From positions 64,001 to 128,000 of the forward strand of contig JACVGT010000001.1 in assembly GCA_018992685.1 (NCBI GenBank): 64,000 nucleotides of DNA. The letters are read 5' to 3'. Origin of the DNA: Theionarchaea archaeon (lineage in GTDB: Archaea; Methanobacteriota_B; Thermococci; Methanofastidiosales; SZ-28-30). A model generated the notes under the pieces. The model had not been told where the DNA came from. It searched no databases and saw nothing but the letters and a program-made list of their open reading frames with translations. The position numbers and the translations under genes are program-made. Below are positions 20,746 to 29,804 of this stretch, one piece after another (position 1 is the first letter of the stretch; each line of letters opens with the position of its first letter).

Positions 20746-21192
20746 GACCTCACCTTTTCGCAAGAGACACCTTTATCACGCGCAGCTTGATCACTGTGTC
20801 CCCATGCAGGCTTTGCTACAGGGTTGCCCTCTGTGTGATCTTCACTGGGTGTCACCGCAAACCTGCCGGTGATGTACTCTAAAGGTATCACGTCACTACA
20901 TAGCTGGACTCGTATTTAAACATTTCCCACTTCTGTCCAGAGTCACTATCGAGACTACCTGCTACTGAGAGTATATCACTCAGTATGTACTTCCTTTTTG
21001 GCTCGTGCTCTATATCAGTATCTCCCTCTTATTATGTGCAGAAATTATGTGTATTCTTGCTGAGTCATGATACGTAAATAAGCACAAAATATGACATAAT
21101 AAATAATATTTTATTAATACAATTTTATTTTAAAAATCAAGTGAAAAATATTCTAACAAAAAGTTTATATATATCATATAGCAAATCTTGTT

Positions 21193-21483
21193 ATGAAAAA
21201 TCCATTCCTCAATGAAAAGAAAGCACTGATCATGATGAATTTGCTTGATGGAGCAGATTACATACGTCATATCGCAGAAAGCAGTAATACCATGTACCCT
21301 CACGCTCTACAGACACTAAAACTCCTGGAAAAGAGAGGATATGTTGATTCCAAGAAAGAAGGAAGAATACGGATGTATCAACTCACTGAAGAAGGGAAAA
21401 AGGTAGCTTCTCTGATACAGGAATTGTGGGATATGACCCAGGATCAGGGAGGTGGTCAGGTTAGTGCTGGGAGCCAGGAGTGA
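21193..21483 (+). CDS. Winged-helix transcriptional regulator
   Basis: LKLLEKRGYVDSKKEGRIRMYQLTEEGKK wHTH wing; AAAAAGTTTATATA BRE/TATA upstream with a near-leaderless start. Confidence 0.8.
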   Translation: MKNPFLNEKKALIMMNLLDGADYIRHIAESSNTMYPHALQTLKLLEKRGYVDSKKEGRIRMYQLTEEGKKVASLIQELWDMTQDQGGGQVSAGSQE

Positions 21484-22238
21484 GAAGAAAGAGCGTTTTG
21501 TTGTGCGGAAGATTCCTGAGGTTCCATGGCTGTAACCCAATTGCCAGCAACCTGAGCTCTCTTGCTGTGCAGAAATTCTATGAAACCTCGACTAATAGAA
21601 TTGCCAAGGTTAAAAGGCACGGTTCTGGATTGTATATGGAACTTCCGTACCTCCTGTGTGCAGAAATTTTTTATAGCATTGGCTTATCTAGGATAAAATA
21701 ACAGATGTAATATGAAGAATATATATTATAATATTTTATATAAAAAATTTTTTTGATATTATTTTATTACTAATATTTTGTTTATAAAATTTCATATATA
21801 CTATATTATATGATTTATTTTATTAATAAAGTAAAATAGGGATTGATATCCACGATCTAGAATCTTCGATTGATGTGCACCTTCCAGACAGATAGGTAGA
21901 GAGCAGAATACGCAACACTTCATGGAAGAATTTATAAGCAAAGGTACATATTAGTATCATACGTAGCTACTATCTCCGATAGAAAAACGAGTGGAAGTGC
22001 TGGTGTCATTACACGAGTGTATTGACAGAACCTGCAATCGTGCTGACATTTCACGTGAGGTCCACTGATGTGTCCTGTAACATGGAGCGCGCGTGAAAAG
22101 ATGTCATACCATTTCAGCAGAATCCAAGCCGAGAGGAGATAGAATACTTCCCAACAGCAGGGGAAACCCTCACACATCCCTGAAAGAACACCAGTACCTC
22201 AGAGAAATCGCAGTGATGGGCTGAAAGAGGTACGAATC

Positions 22239-23186
22239 ATGAGAAAGGCTAATGTCGTTATATTGGCAGCAATCTTCATCCTGTTCCTGATATCTGTATC
22301 TGTCTACGGGAAATATGATGAAACGAGAAGAGAAAAAACTCTCCCCCATAGATACAAGGACCTCGTCTATGAAAGCCCTACACATACACCTCATGGATTG
22401 TTCTTCTTGGATGGATACGTGTGGATCTCCTCTTCATATGACCATGCTTTGCTACAGTATGATTTGAAGACAGAAACCGTGGCTAAGACGCTGCCATTGC
22501 CCTGTGTTGAAGCTGCAGGACTGACCTATGACGGGAACGATTTCTGGGTTGCTGACTACAGCAGGAGAACTATCTACAAAATCTCTCCAGAAGGTGAGGT
22601 TCTCGATTCCTTCACGACACCCTACAGTACACCCTGGGGCCTCGCGTGGGATGGCCAGTACCTGTGGATCTGTGACGTCTATGGATTTGAGGAGTTTCCA
22701 GATTTGTCTGCTGCTCTGTATCCAGATTCTATTCTCTACCAGTATGACCCAGACACTCATGACGTGCTGAGAATTCTTGAATCCCCCACCCCATTTGCAG
22801 GCGATATTGCATACAAAGAAGGTGAACTTATTGTTAGCGGGTGCTCCTCCAGAAAGATATTTCATGTAGATATTGGCACAGGGGAGACAACACGCTGGTA
22901 TTACTCACCTGAACCATATCCTCGGGCAGTTGCAACCGATCAGAATGATACTGTCTATGTCTCAGGCATGATCACCATGGATCTCTGGGAGATACAGCTG
23001 AATAAGAGGGCACAGTGGAAGGATTTCTTCAGGGTTCGTGACATCAAGGTTCCATTCTGGATCATACTCATTTTCCTGATTTTTTCAATACCCATCTTTA
23101 TGGATGAACTGCTAAAGCGGGAATATACCAAGAAACGAAACGTATGGGAAGAAGAGCCACGATGGTGGCAATTCTGGAAGGAATAG
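22239..23186 (+). CDS. Membrane-anchored beta-propeller protein (YncE/NHL-like)
   Basis: Repeats GLTYDGNDFWVAD and GLAWDGQYLWICD; N-terminal signal/TM and C-terminal TM. Confidence 0.75.
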   Translation: MRKANVVILAAIFILFLISVSVYGKYDETRREKTLPHRYKDLVYESPTHTPHGLFFLDGYVWISSSYDHALLQYDLKTETVAKTLPLPCVEAAGLTYDGNDFWVADYSRRTIYKISPEGEVLDSFTTPYSTPWGLAWDGQYLWICDVYGFEEFPDLSAALYPDSILYQYDPDTHDVLRILESPTPFAGDIAYKEGELIVSGCSSRKIFHVDIGTGETTRWYYSPEPYPRAVATDQNDTVYVSGMITMDLWEIQLNKRAQWKDFFRVRDIKVPFWIILIFLIFSIPIFMDELLKREYTKKRNVWEEEPRWWQFWKE

Positions 23187-23202
23187 GAAGTGCTCACAAC
23201 TG

Positions 23203-24027
23203 CTAAAAGACGTCGAGATCTCTCCCTGAGACTACCCTCCCCTTGTAGGAGCATGTGATTTCTCTGAGAAGGTCATCCTCAGTGACTCCCCAGAAAAGCT
23301 GGTGGTACAGCACCAGGAGACCAGGAGCCGATTTTCTGGCAAGGTCAGCAAGTTCCCGTGATGAGGTGTGAACAGCAGTGTGATAGGTCTGCCATATCAG
23401 GGGTCTCGTTTTCAATCCCTGGGATGAATAAACTTCATGGATGAGGATGTCACTTCCTCTGGCTTTCTCGGCAACGATCGAGGAAGGGGCTGTATCCCCG
23501 GATATGACTATTGTCCGATCTGGAGTGGTTACTTTGAACCCAAAGGCTTCGAGTGATCCATGACTCACACGAAAAGCGTCAACCTCCACTCTTGAATCTG
23601 TATAGATGATTCCTGGCTGAACCTCATGAGCATCAACGTTATGTCCTGTGGGGTTTGCCGGTTCAAGTCCTTGGACTCTTTCTACAATGTCAACTTCATA
23701 CGCAGCGAGAATATGGTCAGTCATGGGTTTTGTGCCAGGAGGCCCATATACTTCAAGGTGACTATGCCTTCCCAAGACCCAGGGTGTGAGAATGAGATCA
23801 GGATACCCTGCTGTATGGTCAGAATGCAAATGAGTAAGGAATCCCTTGTTCAGTTGGTGCATGTTCAGACCAGCTGCAGCGGCACGCCTCACAGTGCCAG
23901 GTCCGAAATCGAAAAGGTACACTTCCTCATCAACAACGAGAGCAACGGAGGGCCCTGAGCGCTCAGGGTCAGCATTAGGGGTTCCGGTTCCCAGGAGGAT
24001 AATCTTCGTTCTCTTTCTGGCAGTCAT
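23203..24027 (-). CDS. MBL-fold hydrolase, RNase Z/arylsulfatase-like
   Basis: LLGTG.P, FLTHLHSDH, SGDT, LIHEV, HT, LYH. Confidence 0.88.
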   Translation of the reverse strand: MTARKRTKIILLGTGTPNADPERSGPSVALVVDEEVYLFDFGPGTVRRAAAAGLNMHQLNKGFLTHLHSDHTAGYPDLILTPWVLGRHSHLEVYGPPGTKPMTDHILAAYEVDIVERVQGLEPANPTGHNVDAHEVQPGIIYTDSRVEVDAFRVSHGSLEAFGFKVTTPDRTIVISGDTAPSSIVAEKARGSDILIHEVYSSQGLKTRPLIWQTYHTAVHTSSRELADLARKSAPGLLVLYHQLFWGVTEDDLLREITCSYKGRVVSGRDLDVF

Positions 24028-24542
24028 GATAATCCATAAAATGTGCCTATTAAAGGATTGTCATGGCGGGCTGATTTCGGATTTCACTTCCCCTCGCCAG
24101 GTTCATGCAGTCTTTTGAAGAAATCAGAAGGAACGGGTTGTCGCCTATTGGCTGGCTCTCTTCTTGTTCTGTGGATTTCTCATCCCCGTCCTCCCCCTGT
24201 TGGCATGGAGGATACTCGAGCATCTGCTGAGACAGAAAGATTTAAATTACCAAGTAGAGTAGGGGGAGAAGCTTACTGTCAAACTGGTGCTGGCAGCGAT
24301 TGTGGGCAGCCTTTGTTCGGCAGCCTTCTTTCACGAGGGGCGAGGGACTGCAGAAAAAATCAATGGGCATATTCCGGTGGAGATGAATGCTGAATAGCCA
24401 GGGGCACCAGAAAACGTGGAAGATGACACTTATGAGGTGTAAAGGGAAGAAAAGTTCTCAGAAAGGCAATCCCGTGAGAGCAAGAAGAACCTCTTTGCAT
24501 AATGGGGAAGACGTAAAGATGAGAGTAGTGAGGTGAACTAGC

Positions 24543-24833
24543 ATGAAAAAACCCTTTTCAAAGACGAAGAGAATCTCACAGACAAGAATGAAGGCCAAGT
24601 CAGGCAGAGGGATAAAGAAACCTTCACAAGTCAGAAGATTGGGAAAGACCAGGAGGACCGAGAGGTCAGTAGTGGCTATGGTCAATTCTCGAACAAGCAG
24701 AGCAAGAACTGGTGCAGCAAGACCACGAGGCGCAGTGAATACGAGGAGAATCAGGATAAAGGGAATAGCGCTCAAGAGAGCGGCAGGGAGAAGATCGTCC
24801 AGGAAAGCAGGAACAAGGAAAAGGAAAGCATAA
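24543..24833 (+). CDS. Small extremely basic (Arg/Lys-rich) protein
   Basis: GAGGTGA RBS upstream of ATG; 96 aa dominated by R/K with a single acidic residue. Confidence 0.55.
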   Translation: MKKPFSKTKRISQTRMKAKSGRGIKKPSQVRRLGKTRRTERSVVAMVNSRTSRARTGAARPRGAVNTRRIRIKGIALKRAAGRRSSRKAGTRKRKA

Positions 24834-25107
24834 AGTCAGGAGACATTGGTTGCAAGGGGAGGAGCATCCATGTTCAACACGGATGTGGAAGTTAATATTT
24901 GTTGGATTGAATTAATCTTGTAGATGACTTTCGTAGGTTATCCCTAAATCTCTCCCTGTCTCTCTTAGGTTAAAGGAGGTTTCTTCCAGCTCTGTATTCT
25001 CCCTGGCTTCCAGGTTTTCTTCGCGAGAACTTTTCCTTTTATCTGCGGTTCAGGAATACTAACCATTAGAAATGTGAATTTTAAGCGGAAAAAGGGCTCA
25101 AATCTAC

Positions 25108-25425
25108 CTACGATTTCTCCCTCTCCAGTTTGAATATCACAGGTCGTAACCCGTCATGGCAGCACACAATAGAAATACCTTTCTCTTTGAACCAGGGCAT
25201 GTCCCCACCAAAGGACAGTACCCGGACGCTGGGAAACAGGGTAATCCAGGCACTGGTGCAGGGAAACCCTTCAGGCATTGCACCACCTTTACTCACAAAC
25301 TGCTGGCCATCCTTCAATATTCCACATGCCCCCAGAGATTCTGCAGGTGTAACAGGGGGGTTCTCAAAAACCTCTGATGGATGCATTCTTTTTACCACTG
25401 TTATTTTTACTTGTTCTACGGGCAC
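25108..25425 (-). CDS. TIGR04076-like small Cys protein
   Basis: VKITV...C...GQQF...PEGFPC..AW...CCHDGLRPVIFKLER. Confidence 0.8.
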   Translation of the reverse strand: MPVEQVKITVVKRMHPSEVFENPPVTPAESLGACGILKDGQQFVSKGGAMPEGFPCTSAWITLFPSVRVLSFGGDMPWFKEKGISIVCCHDGLRPVIFKLEREKS

Positions 25426-25695
25426 AAAATCACCACCCTACCTTGGAAAAGCCTGCTTAAGAATGTTTGGCTGGCAGTGAGAAAAAAGCCAATACGTTCT
25501 CGGTGTGTTGTGAAGAATTATCATACATTCGGGGGAGACTCGAGCACTGAGAGCAGACGCGGGGACTATCTGCGATGAACAAAGGTGTGGCTGTCACTTA
25601 CCTTGATTGGTGGTTGGTACAGTGTATCTGTATCTGCAAACCTTTATATGGATTCTCTCCTAGACTCATCGATAAGTCGAAATTCAGGTGATACC

Positions 25696-26223
25696 ATGAT
25701 CTGTCCGATTTGCCGGACGTCGAATGACATAGGAGTGAGATTTTGCAGGAAATGTGGGTCCAGTCTCCAGCAGCTGGACAACTACACAGATTATGTGGGG
25801 GCCAGCGCCCGGGCATCCGCTTTCCTGCTTGATACGCTCGTTACTATCGTTCCCACAGCTTTCATTCTGTGGATTGCCGTCGGGTTGTCTGGTATCAGGA
25901 TCCTAATCATTCTTCTTTTGATGAGCTGGGTATATTCTGCAGCACTGGAAAGTTCATCCCGGCAAGGCACCCTCGGAAAGATGGCTGTTGGAATAAGAGT
26001 GGTGGATTTTCATGGAAAGAGAATTTCGTTTGGAACAGCCTCAGTGCGATACTTCGTTAAAGTCGTGACTCTCGGCAGTTTCTGGTATTTAGTTTTGGTT
26101 TCCGAAAAAAGACAGGGAATACACGATATGGCTGCAAACACCTACGTAGTAATGGATGGCCCCTATTCTCGAAGAGAGTCCACGCACAAAACTCCACGGT
26201 GGTTTGGAGTATACAGAGAATAG
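25696..26223 (+). CDS. Zinc-ribbon plus RDD family membrane protein
   Basis: CPIC...FCRKCG, then RASAFLLD...TLGKMAVGIRVV...QGIHDMAANTYVV; GGTGA RBS before ATG 25696. Confidence 0.88.
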   Translation: MICPICRTSNDIGVRFCRKCGSSLQQLDNYTDYVGASARASAFLLDTLVTIVPTAFILWIAVGLSGIRILIILLLMSWVYSAALESSSRQGTLGKMAVGIRVVDFHGKRISFGTASVRYFVKVVTLGSFWYLVLVSEKRQGIHDMAANTYVVMDGPYSRRESTHKTPRWFGVYRE

Positions 26224-26455
26224 CCATGCAAAAGAATCAGCACTACAGCAGAAAAGGAGGTTCAGGTCAGTCCACTAGTATTCTAGATTATTCGAGGAGT
26301 CTCAGAATCCTCGGTCTCATTGATCCTGGTCTGGAAATAAAGTTAATTGCCATCGCAGGTCCAGGACAGGACCTCTATGGTTTTTGAGAACATCTTAGTG
26401 TCAAGTTGAATCTCTACCCAATCACGTCTATCTCTAAGTATGTCGGTTTGTCTTT

Positions 26456-26471
26456 CGAAAAAGTTTATATA
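26456..26471 (+). promoter_or_regulatory. BRE/TATA promoter of precursor A / ABC unit
   Basis: CGAAAAAG-TTTATATA about 45 nt upstream of ATG 26517. Confidence 0.65.
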
Positions 26472-26516
26472 CCCCAACCTACTATGTACTGTAACTACTT
26501 TACAGGAGGTGACAGA

Positions 26517-26627
26517 ATGGAGGGATACTCCGGGAAATTCCTCATGAAGATAGAGGAACTGGAAAGAGCTGGAAGTGAGAAAGCTCTAGCAATCTGCTGT
26601 GGCGGATATGGTACTGTAGACCTGTGA
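26517..26627 (+). CDS. Putative RiPP precursor peptide A (36 aa)
   Basis: GGAGGTGA RBS at 26505-26512; MEGYSGKFLMKIEELERAGSEKALAICCGGYGTVDL with a charged leader (KIEELE) and a CC-containing core; first gene of the RiPP-like locus. Confidence 0.72.
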   Translation: MEGYSGKFLMKIEELERAGSEKALAICCGGYGTVDL

Positions 26628-26652
26628 TCCACAGTATTCGGGTCTGCCATTA

Positions 26653-26668
26653 TTTTTTTCTTTTCTTT
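26653..26668 (+). terminator. Oligo-T terminator/attenuator after precursor A
   Basis: TTTTTTTCTTTTCTTT between the precursor and the ABC ATPase. Confidence 0.5.
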
Positions 26669-26681
26669 GTCTGGTGATACG

Positions 26682-27650
26682 ATGGAATACGTCATTGAAA
26701 CAAAAGATTTAGCCCGCGAATTCGATTCTGCAGAAGGCGTTCTCCTCAAGAAAAAGAGAAAAATCATAGCCGTTGATCACGTTACGTTCGGAGTGAGAAA
26801 GGGAGAATTATTCGGTCTCCTGGGCCCCAATGGAGCTGGAAAAACAACCACCATAAAGATGCTCACCACGCTACTTGTTCCCACTGAGGGAGATGCCTAT
26901 GTCCACGGCTGGCACGTGGTGAAAGAGGCGCAGAAGATTCGCAACCACATCAACGTCATATTTGGAGGGGAAAGAGGCTTGTACCTCCGATTGAGTGGAA
27001 AGGATAACCTGCGCTACTTCTCAGATCTCTATGGTGTTCCTGCCACCACACAGAAGGAACGAATCCCTGAACTTCTCCAGCTGGTGGGACTCGCAGAACA
27101 TGGGGAGAGAAAAGTGGAAACATACTCACGAGGCATGAAGCAGAGGTTGCACATTGCAAGGGGATTGATCAATGACCCTTCTATAATTTTCATGGACGAA
27201 CCCACAATTGGACTGGATCCAGAGGGAGCTCGTTCCCTGAGAGCAATCATACAAGGGCTGACTTCCAAGGATAAGACGATTTTCTTGACCACTCACTACA
27301 TGTTTGAGGCTGATGAACTCTGCACCAGGATTGCTCTTCTCAAGGAAGGGAAGATCTTAAAGATTGATACGCCAAAATCCTTCAAGAATGAGGTATCTCA
27401 CGTCACTATCATTGAAGCAGAGGGCCACCACATTCCCCGAGAGCTCATTGATGCATTAGAGGCACGTCAGACCGTACGAATGGTAACCACTTCTCAGCAG
27501 GACATGAACCAGGTCCTTCAGATCCAGACCGAACCCTCAACGGATGTAGTCATGGACATACTCCAGAGCCTGCACACAGCCCGGCTTTCTAACATCCACA
27601 TACGTGAGCCATCACTGGAGGACGCATACATCAAAATAATGCAGGGATAA
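26682..27650 (+). CDS. ABC-2 exporter ATP-binding subunit
   Basis: GPNGAGKTT, YSRGMKQR, MDEPTIGLD, TTH. Confidence 0.93.
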   Translation: MEYVIETKDLAREFDSAEGVLLKKKRKIIAVDHVTFGVRKGELFGLLGPNGAGKTTTIKMLTTLLVPTEGDAYVHGWHVVKEAQKIRNHINVIFGGERGLYLRLSGKDNLRYFSDLYGVPATTQKERIPELLQLVGLAEHGERKVETYSRGMKQRLHIARGLINDPSIIFMDEPTIGLDPEGARSLRAIIQGLTSKDKTIFLTTHYMFEADELCTRIALLKEGKILKIDTPKSFKNEVSHVTIIEAEGHHIPRELIDALEARQTVRMVTTSQQDMNQVLQIQTEPSTDVVMDILQSLHTARLSNIHIREPSLEDAYIKIMQG

Positions 27651-27652
27651 CC

Positions 27653-28429
27653 ATGGGTATGAGAACGATTTTTTCAGCTTCAAGACAGGCATTCTACGAA
27701 TTTCTGGCACGACCAGTATGGATTTTCGAAATGACTGTTTCTCCCTTTGTTTTTGCCACAGTTGCCTTGATCATGTTCAGGGACTCACCCTCAACCAATT
27801 CCACGTATATTGTAATGGCCGGGGGTATTATGGGAATGTGGGGAAGCACCCTCTTGGGTGCGGGTTATTCAGTGGTCATTGAACGATATTTTGGAACTTT
27901 ACAGTACTTGTTCGCCAGTCCCTCCTCCCTGGAAGAAATTATTGCAGGTAAAGCCCTCACCAGTGCCGTCATGGGGCTGTGGAATCTCGTTTTCGTCTTC
28001 CTGATTGCAATCATTCTCTTTGGAGTTGACATAGAGATTGCTCACCCTCTCACTTTCTTACTGGCATTGGGGTTGTGTCTCTTTTCTTTTTCAGCCCTGG
28101 GGATACTCTTGTCCACTCTGTTCGTATTGAGCCGTTCTGCTGCAGCTTTAGGAAATATTCTGGAGTTTGCTGCTTTTGTAGTATGTGGCATCATGTACCC
28201 TATCTCTTTCTTGCCTGTATGGATCCGTCCTCTCTCATACATTCTAACACCCACCTGGGGAGCTCAGGTATTGCGGTGGGCCGTGATAGAACCTCAGTTA
28301 GGGGAAGGGTTCTGGATTGGTGTCGCCATGATTGGTATACTCTCTTGTTCGTACATAGTGATTGGCCACTACCTATACTCCCGGATTGATTATCAGGTGC
28401 GAGTGACAGCCAGTTTGTGGAGGTTTTGA
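27653..28429 (+). CDS. ABC-2 exporter permease
   Basis: Six TM helices; ERYFGTL, CGIMYPISFLP. Confidence 0.9.
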   Translation: MGMRTIFSASRQAFYEFLARPVWIFEMTVSPFVFATVALIMFRDSPSTNSTYIVMAGGIMGMWGSTLLGAGYSVVIERYFGTLQYLFASPSSLEEIIAGKALTSAVMGLWNLVFVFLIAIILFGVDIEIAHPLTFLLALGLCLFSFSALGILLSTLFVLSRSAAALGNILEFAAFVVCGIMYPISFLPVWIRPLSYILTPTWGAQVLRWAVIEPQLGEGFWIGVAMIGILSCSYIVIGHYLYSRIDYQVRVTASLWRF

Positions 28430-28431
28430 TT

Positions 28432-29220
28432 ATGGATGCACTACGGGCAGCCTATAGCAGTGCAGTGTTCTCATACAAGGGGTTACTTACCTGGATAGAG
28501 CCCCGGAACTACATTGGGATGAAATTCATTGTGCCCCTCCTGCAAATGTCATTCTTTGCCTACGTAGCCAAGAATGCTGGAGGAGCAGAAGCCATGTCGT
28601 TCGCTGTGGTCGGCAATATGGTCCAGCTGTGTGCTGTTACATCGGTTCTGGGCATGTCAATGGCGGTGGGAATGGAACGGTATTTTGGCACCTTACCTCT
28701 TCTCCTCGTGAGTCCCACTAACAGGTTTGCCCTGTTTATGGGGCGTTCTGTCGTGTATGTGCTGGACGGGGTTACCAGCACCCTGGTGGGGCTGGCATAT
28801 GCGGTATTCCTTTTTGGTGTAGATTTTTCCCAAGCTAACCCTGTTCTCCTGGTGGTAATCTTTCTTGTTACATCCTTTGCCCTGTCAGGATTTGGACTGT
28901 TGATTGGAAGTCTGTCTTTGTACACGAGAGAAGTTGTGGCTGTGGCCAATGCATCGTATTTTGCTCTGTTAATCGTGTGTGGCGTGAATTTTCCGGTGAC
29001 AGAATTACCTCATGTCCTGCAAGGGCTTTCAAAAGTCCTCCCCTTGACATATGGCATCCAGGCGACACGAGAGGTGGTCCAGGGAGCTTCCTTCACAGAT
29101 GTACAGGGATTGATTGGAGCTGAAATTCTCTTTATGGGTGCCCTCCTCGTCGTTGGTTACTTCTTTTTCAGGTACTTTGAGCAAAAGGCTAAAAAGAAGG
29201 GCACCTTTGAGCTGATCTAG
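28432..29220 (+). CDS. ABC-2 exporter permease
   Basis: Six TM helices; ERYFGTL, CGVNFPVTELP; paralog of the preceding gene. Confidence 0.9.
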   Translation: MDALRAAYSSAVFSYKGLLTWIEPRNYIGMKFIVPLLQMSFFAYVAKNAGGAEAMSFAVVGNMVQLCAVTSVLGMSMAVGMERYFGTLPLLLVSPTNRFALFMGRSVVYVLDGVTSTLVGLAYAVFLFGVDFSQANPVLLVVIFLVTSFALSGFGLLIGSLSLYTREVVAVANASYFALLIVCGVNFPVTELPHVLQGLSKVLPLTYGIQATREVVQGASFTDVQGLIGAEILFMGALLVVGYFFFRYFEQKAKKKGTFELI

Positions 29221-29228
29221 GTGAGTGT

Positions 29229-29804
29229 ATGAAAGTCATGGGTATTGATTGTTCCCAGAAACGGAGAGATTCTACCGGTAGGCATCTCTTGCAGGTCGCA
29301 CTAGAGAAGATAGAATCTTATGCAATTACCACTGATGCCATCAGACTAATTGATTACACGCTGGAGTTGTGCACAGGCTGCAATCAGTGTGTGACAGGAG
29401 GTATGTGCCCCATTGACGATGATTTCGATAGCATCTGTGAAAGGGCTATCCCTGCTGATGCACTCCTTTTTGTGTCTCCAGTGTACTGGGGGAGATATCC
29501 CAGTATTCTGTCGTGCTTTATTGACAGGATGAGGAAGATCACAACAATGCCTCATCCTCTCTACAGGAAGAAGGCAGGCCTCATCGTTCAGACAGGGATC
29601 ACTGATACAGCACTGACTGTGGGCAGTTTTGGCCAGCTGTTCAGGTCGTTCAACATGATCAATGTCGTCGCCGTGGGACTTGGTATGATGGATTATGAGG
29701 GACGCCCATTAGAAGACAAGAATGCAATAGCTCTTGTCCAACTGGTGGGAGAGCGGTTAGTCATGGGACTGCAATCAGAAAAGATCAAAGAGATTTTCGG
29801 ATGA
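29229..29804 (+). CDS. Iron-sulfur flavoprotein / NADPH-dependent FMN reductase family
   Basis: CTGCNQC...CPIDDD cluster motif; ADALLFVSPVYWG...FIDR. Confidence 0.85.
   Translation: MKVMGIDCSQKRRDSTGRHLLQVALEKIESYAITTDAIRLIDYTLELCTGCNQCVTGGMCPIDDDFDSICERAIPADALLFVSPVYWGRYPSILSCFIDRMRKITTMPHPLYRKKAGLIVQTGITDTALTVGSFGQLFRSFNMINVVAVGLGMMDYEGRPLEDKNAIALVQLVGERLVMGLQSEKIKEIFG

Noticed and set aside
21695-21840. Canonical archaeal oriC
   Set aside because: No ORB consensus or cdc6/orc1 gene nearby; kept only as speculation in the findings.
24387-24536. 49-aa basic ORF upstream of the ultra-basic protein
   Set aside because: Only a weak RBS and no motif; may be chance in purine-rich sequence.
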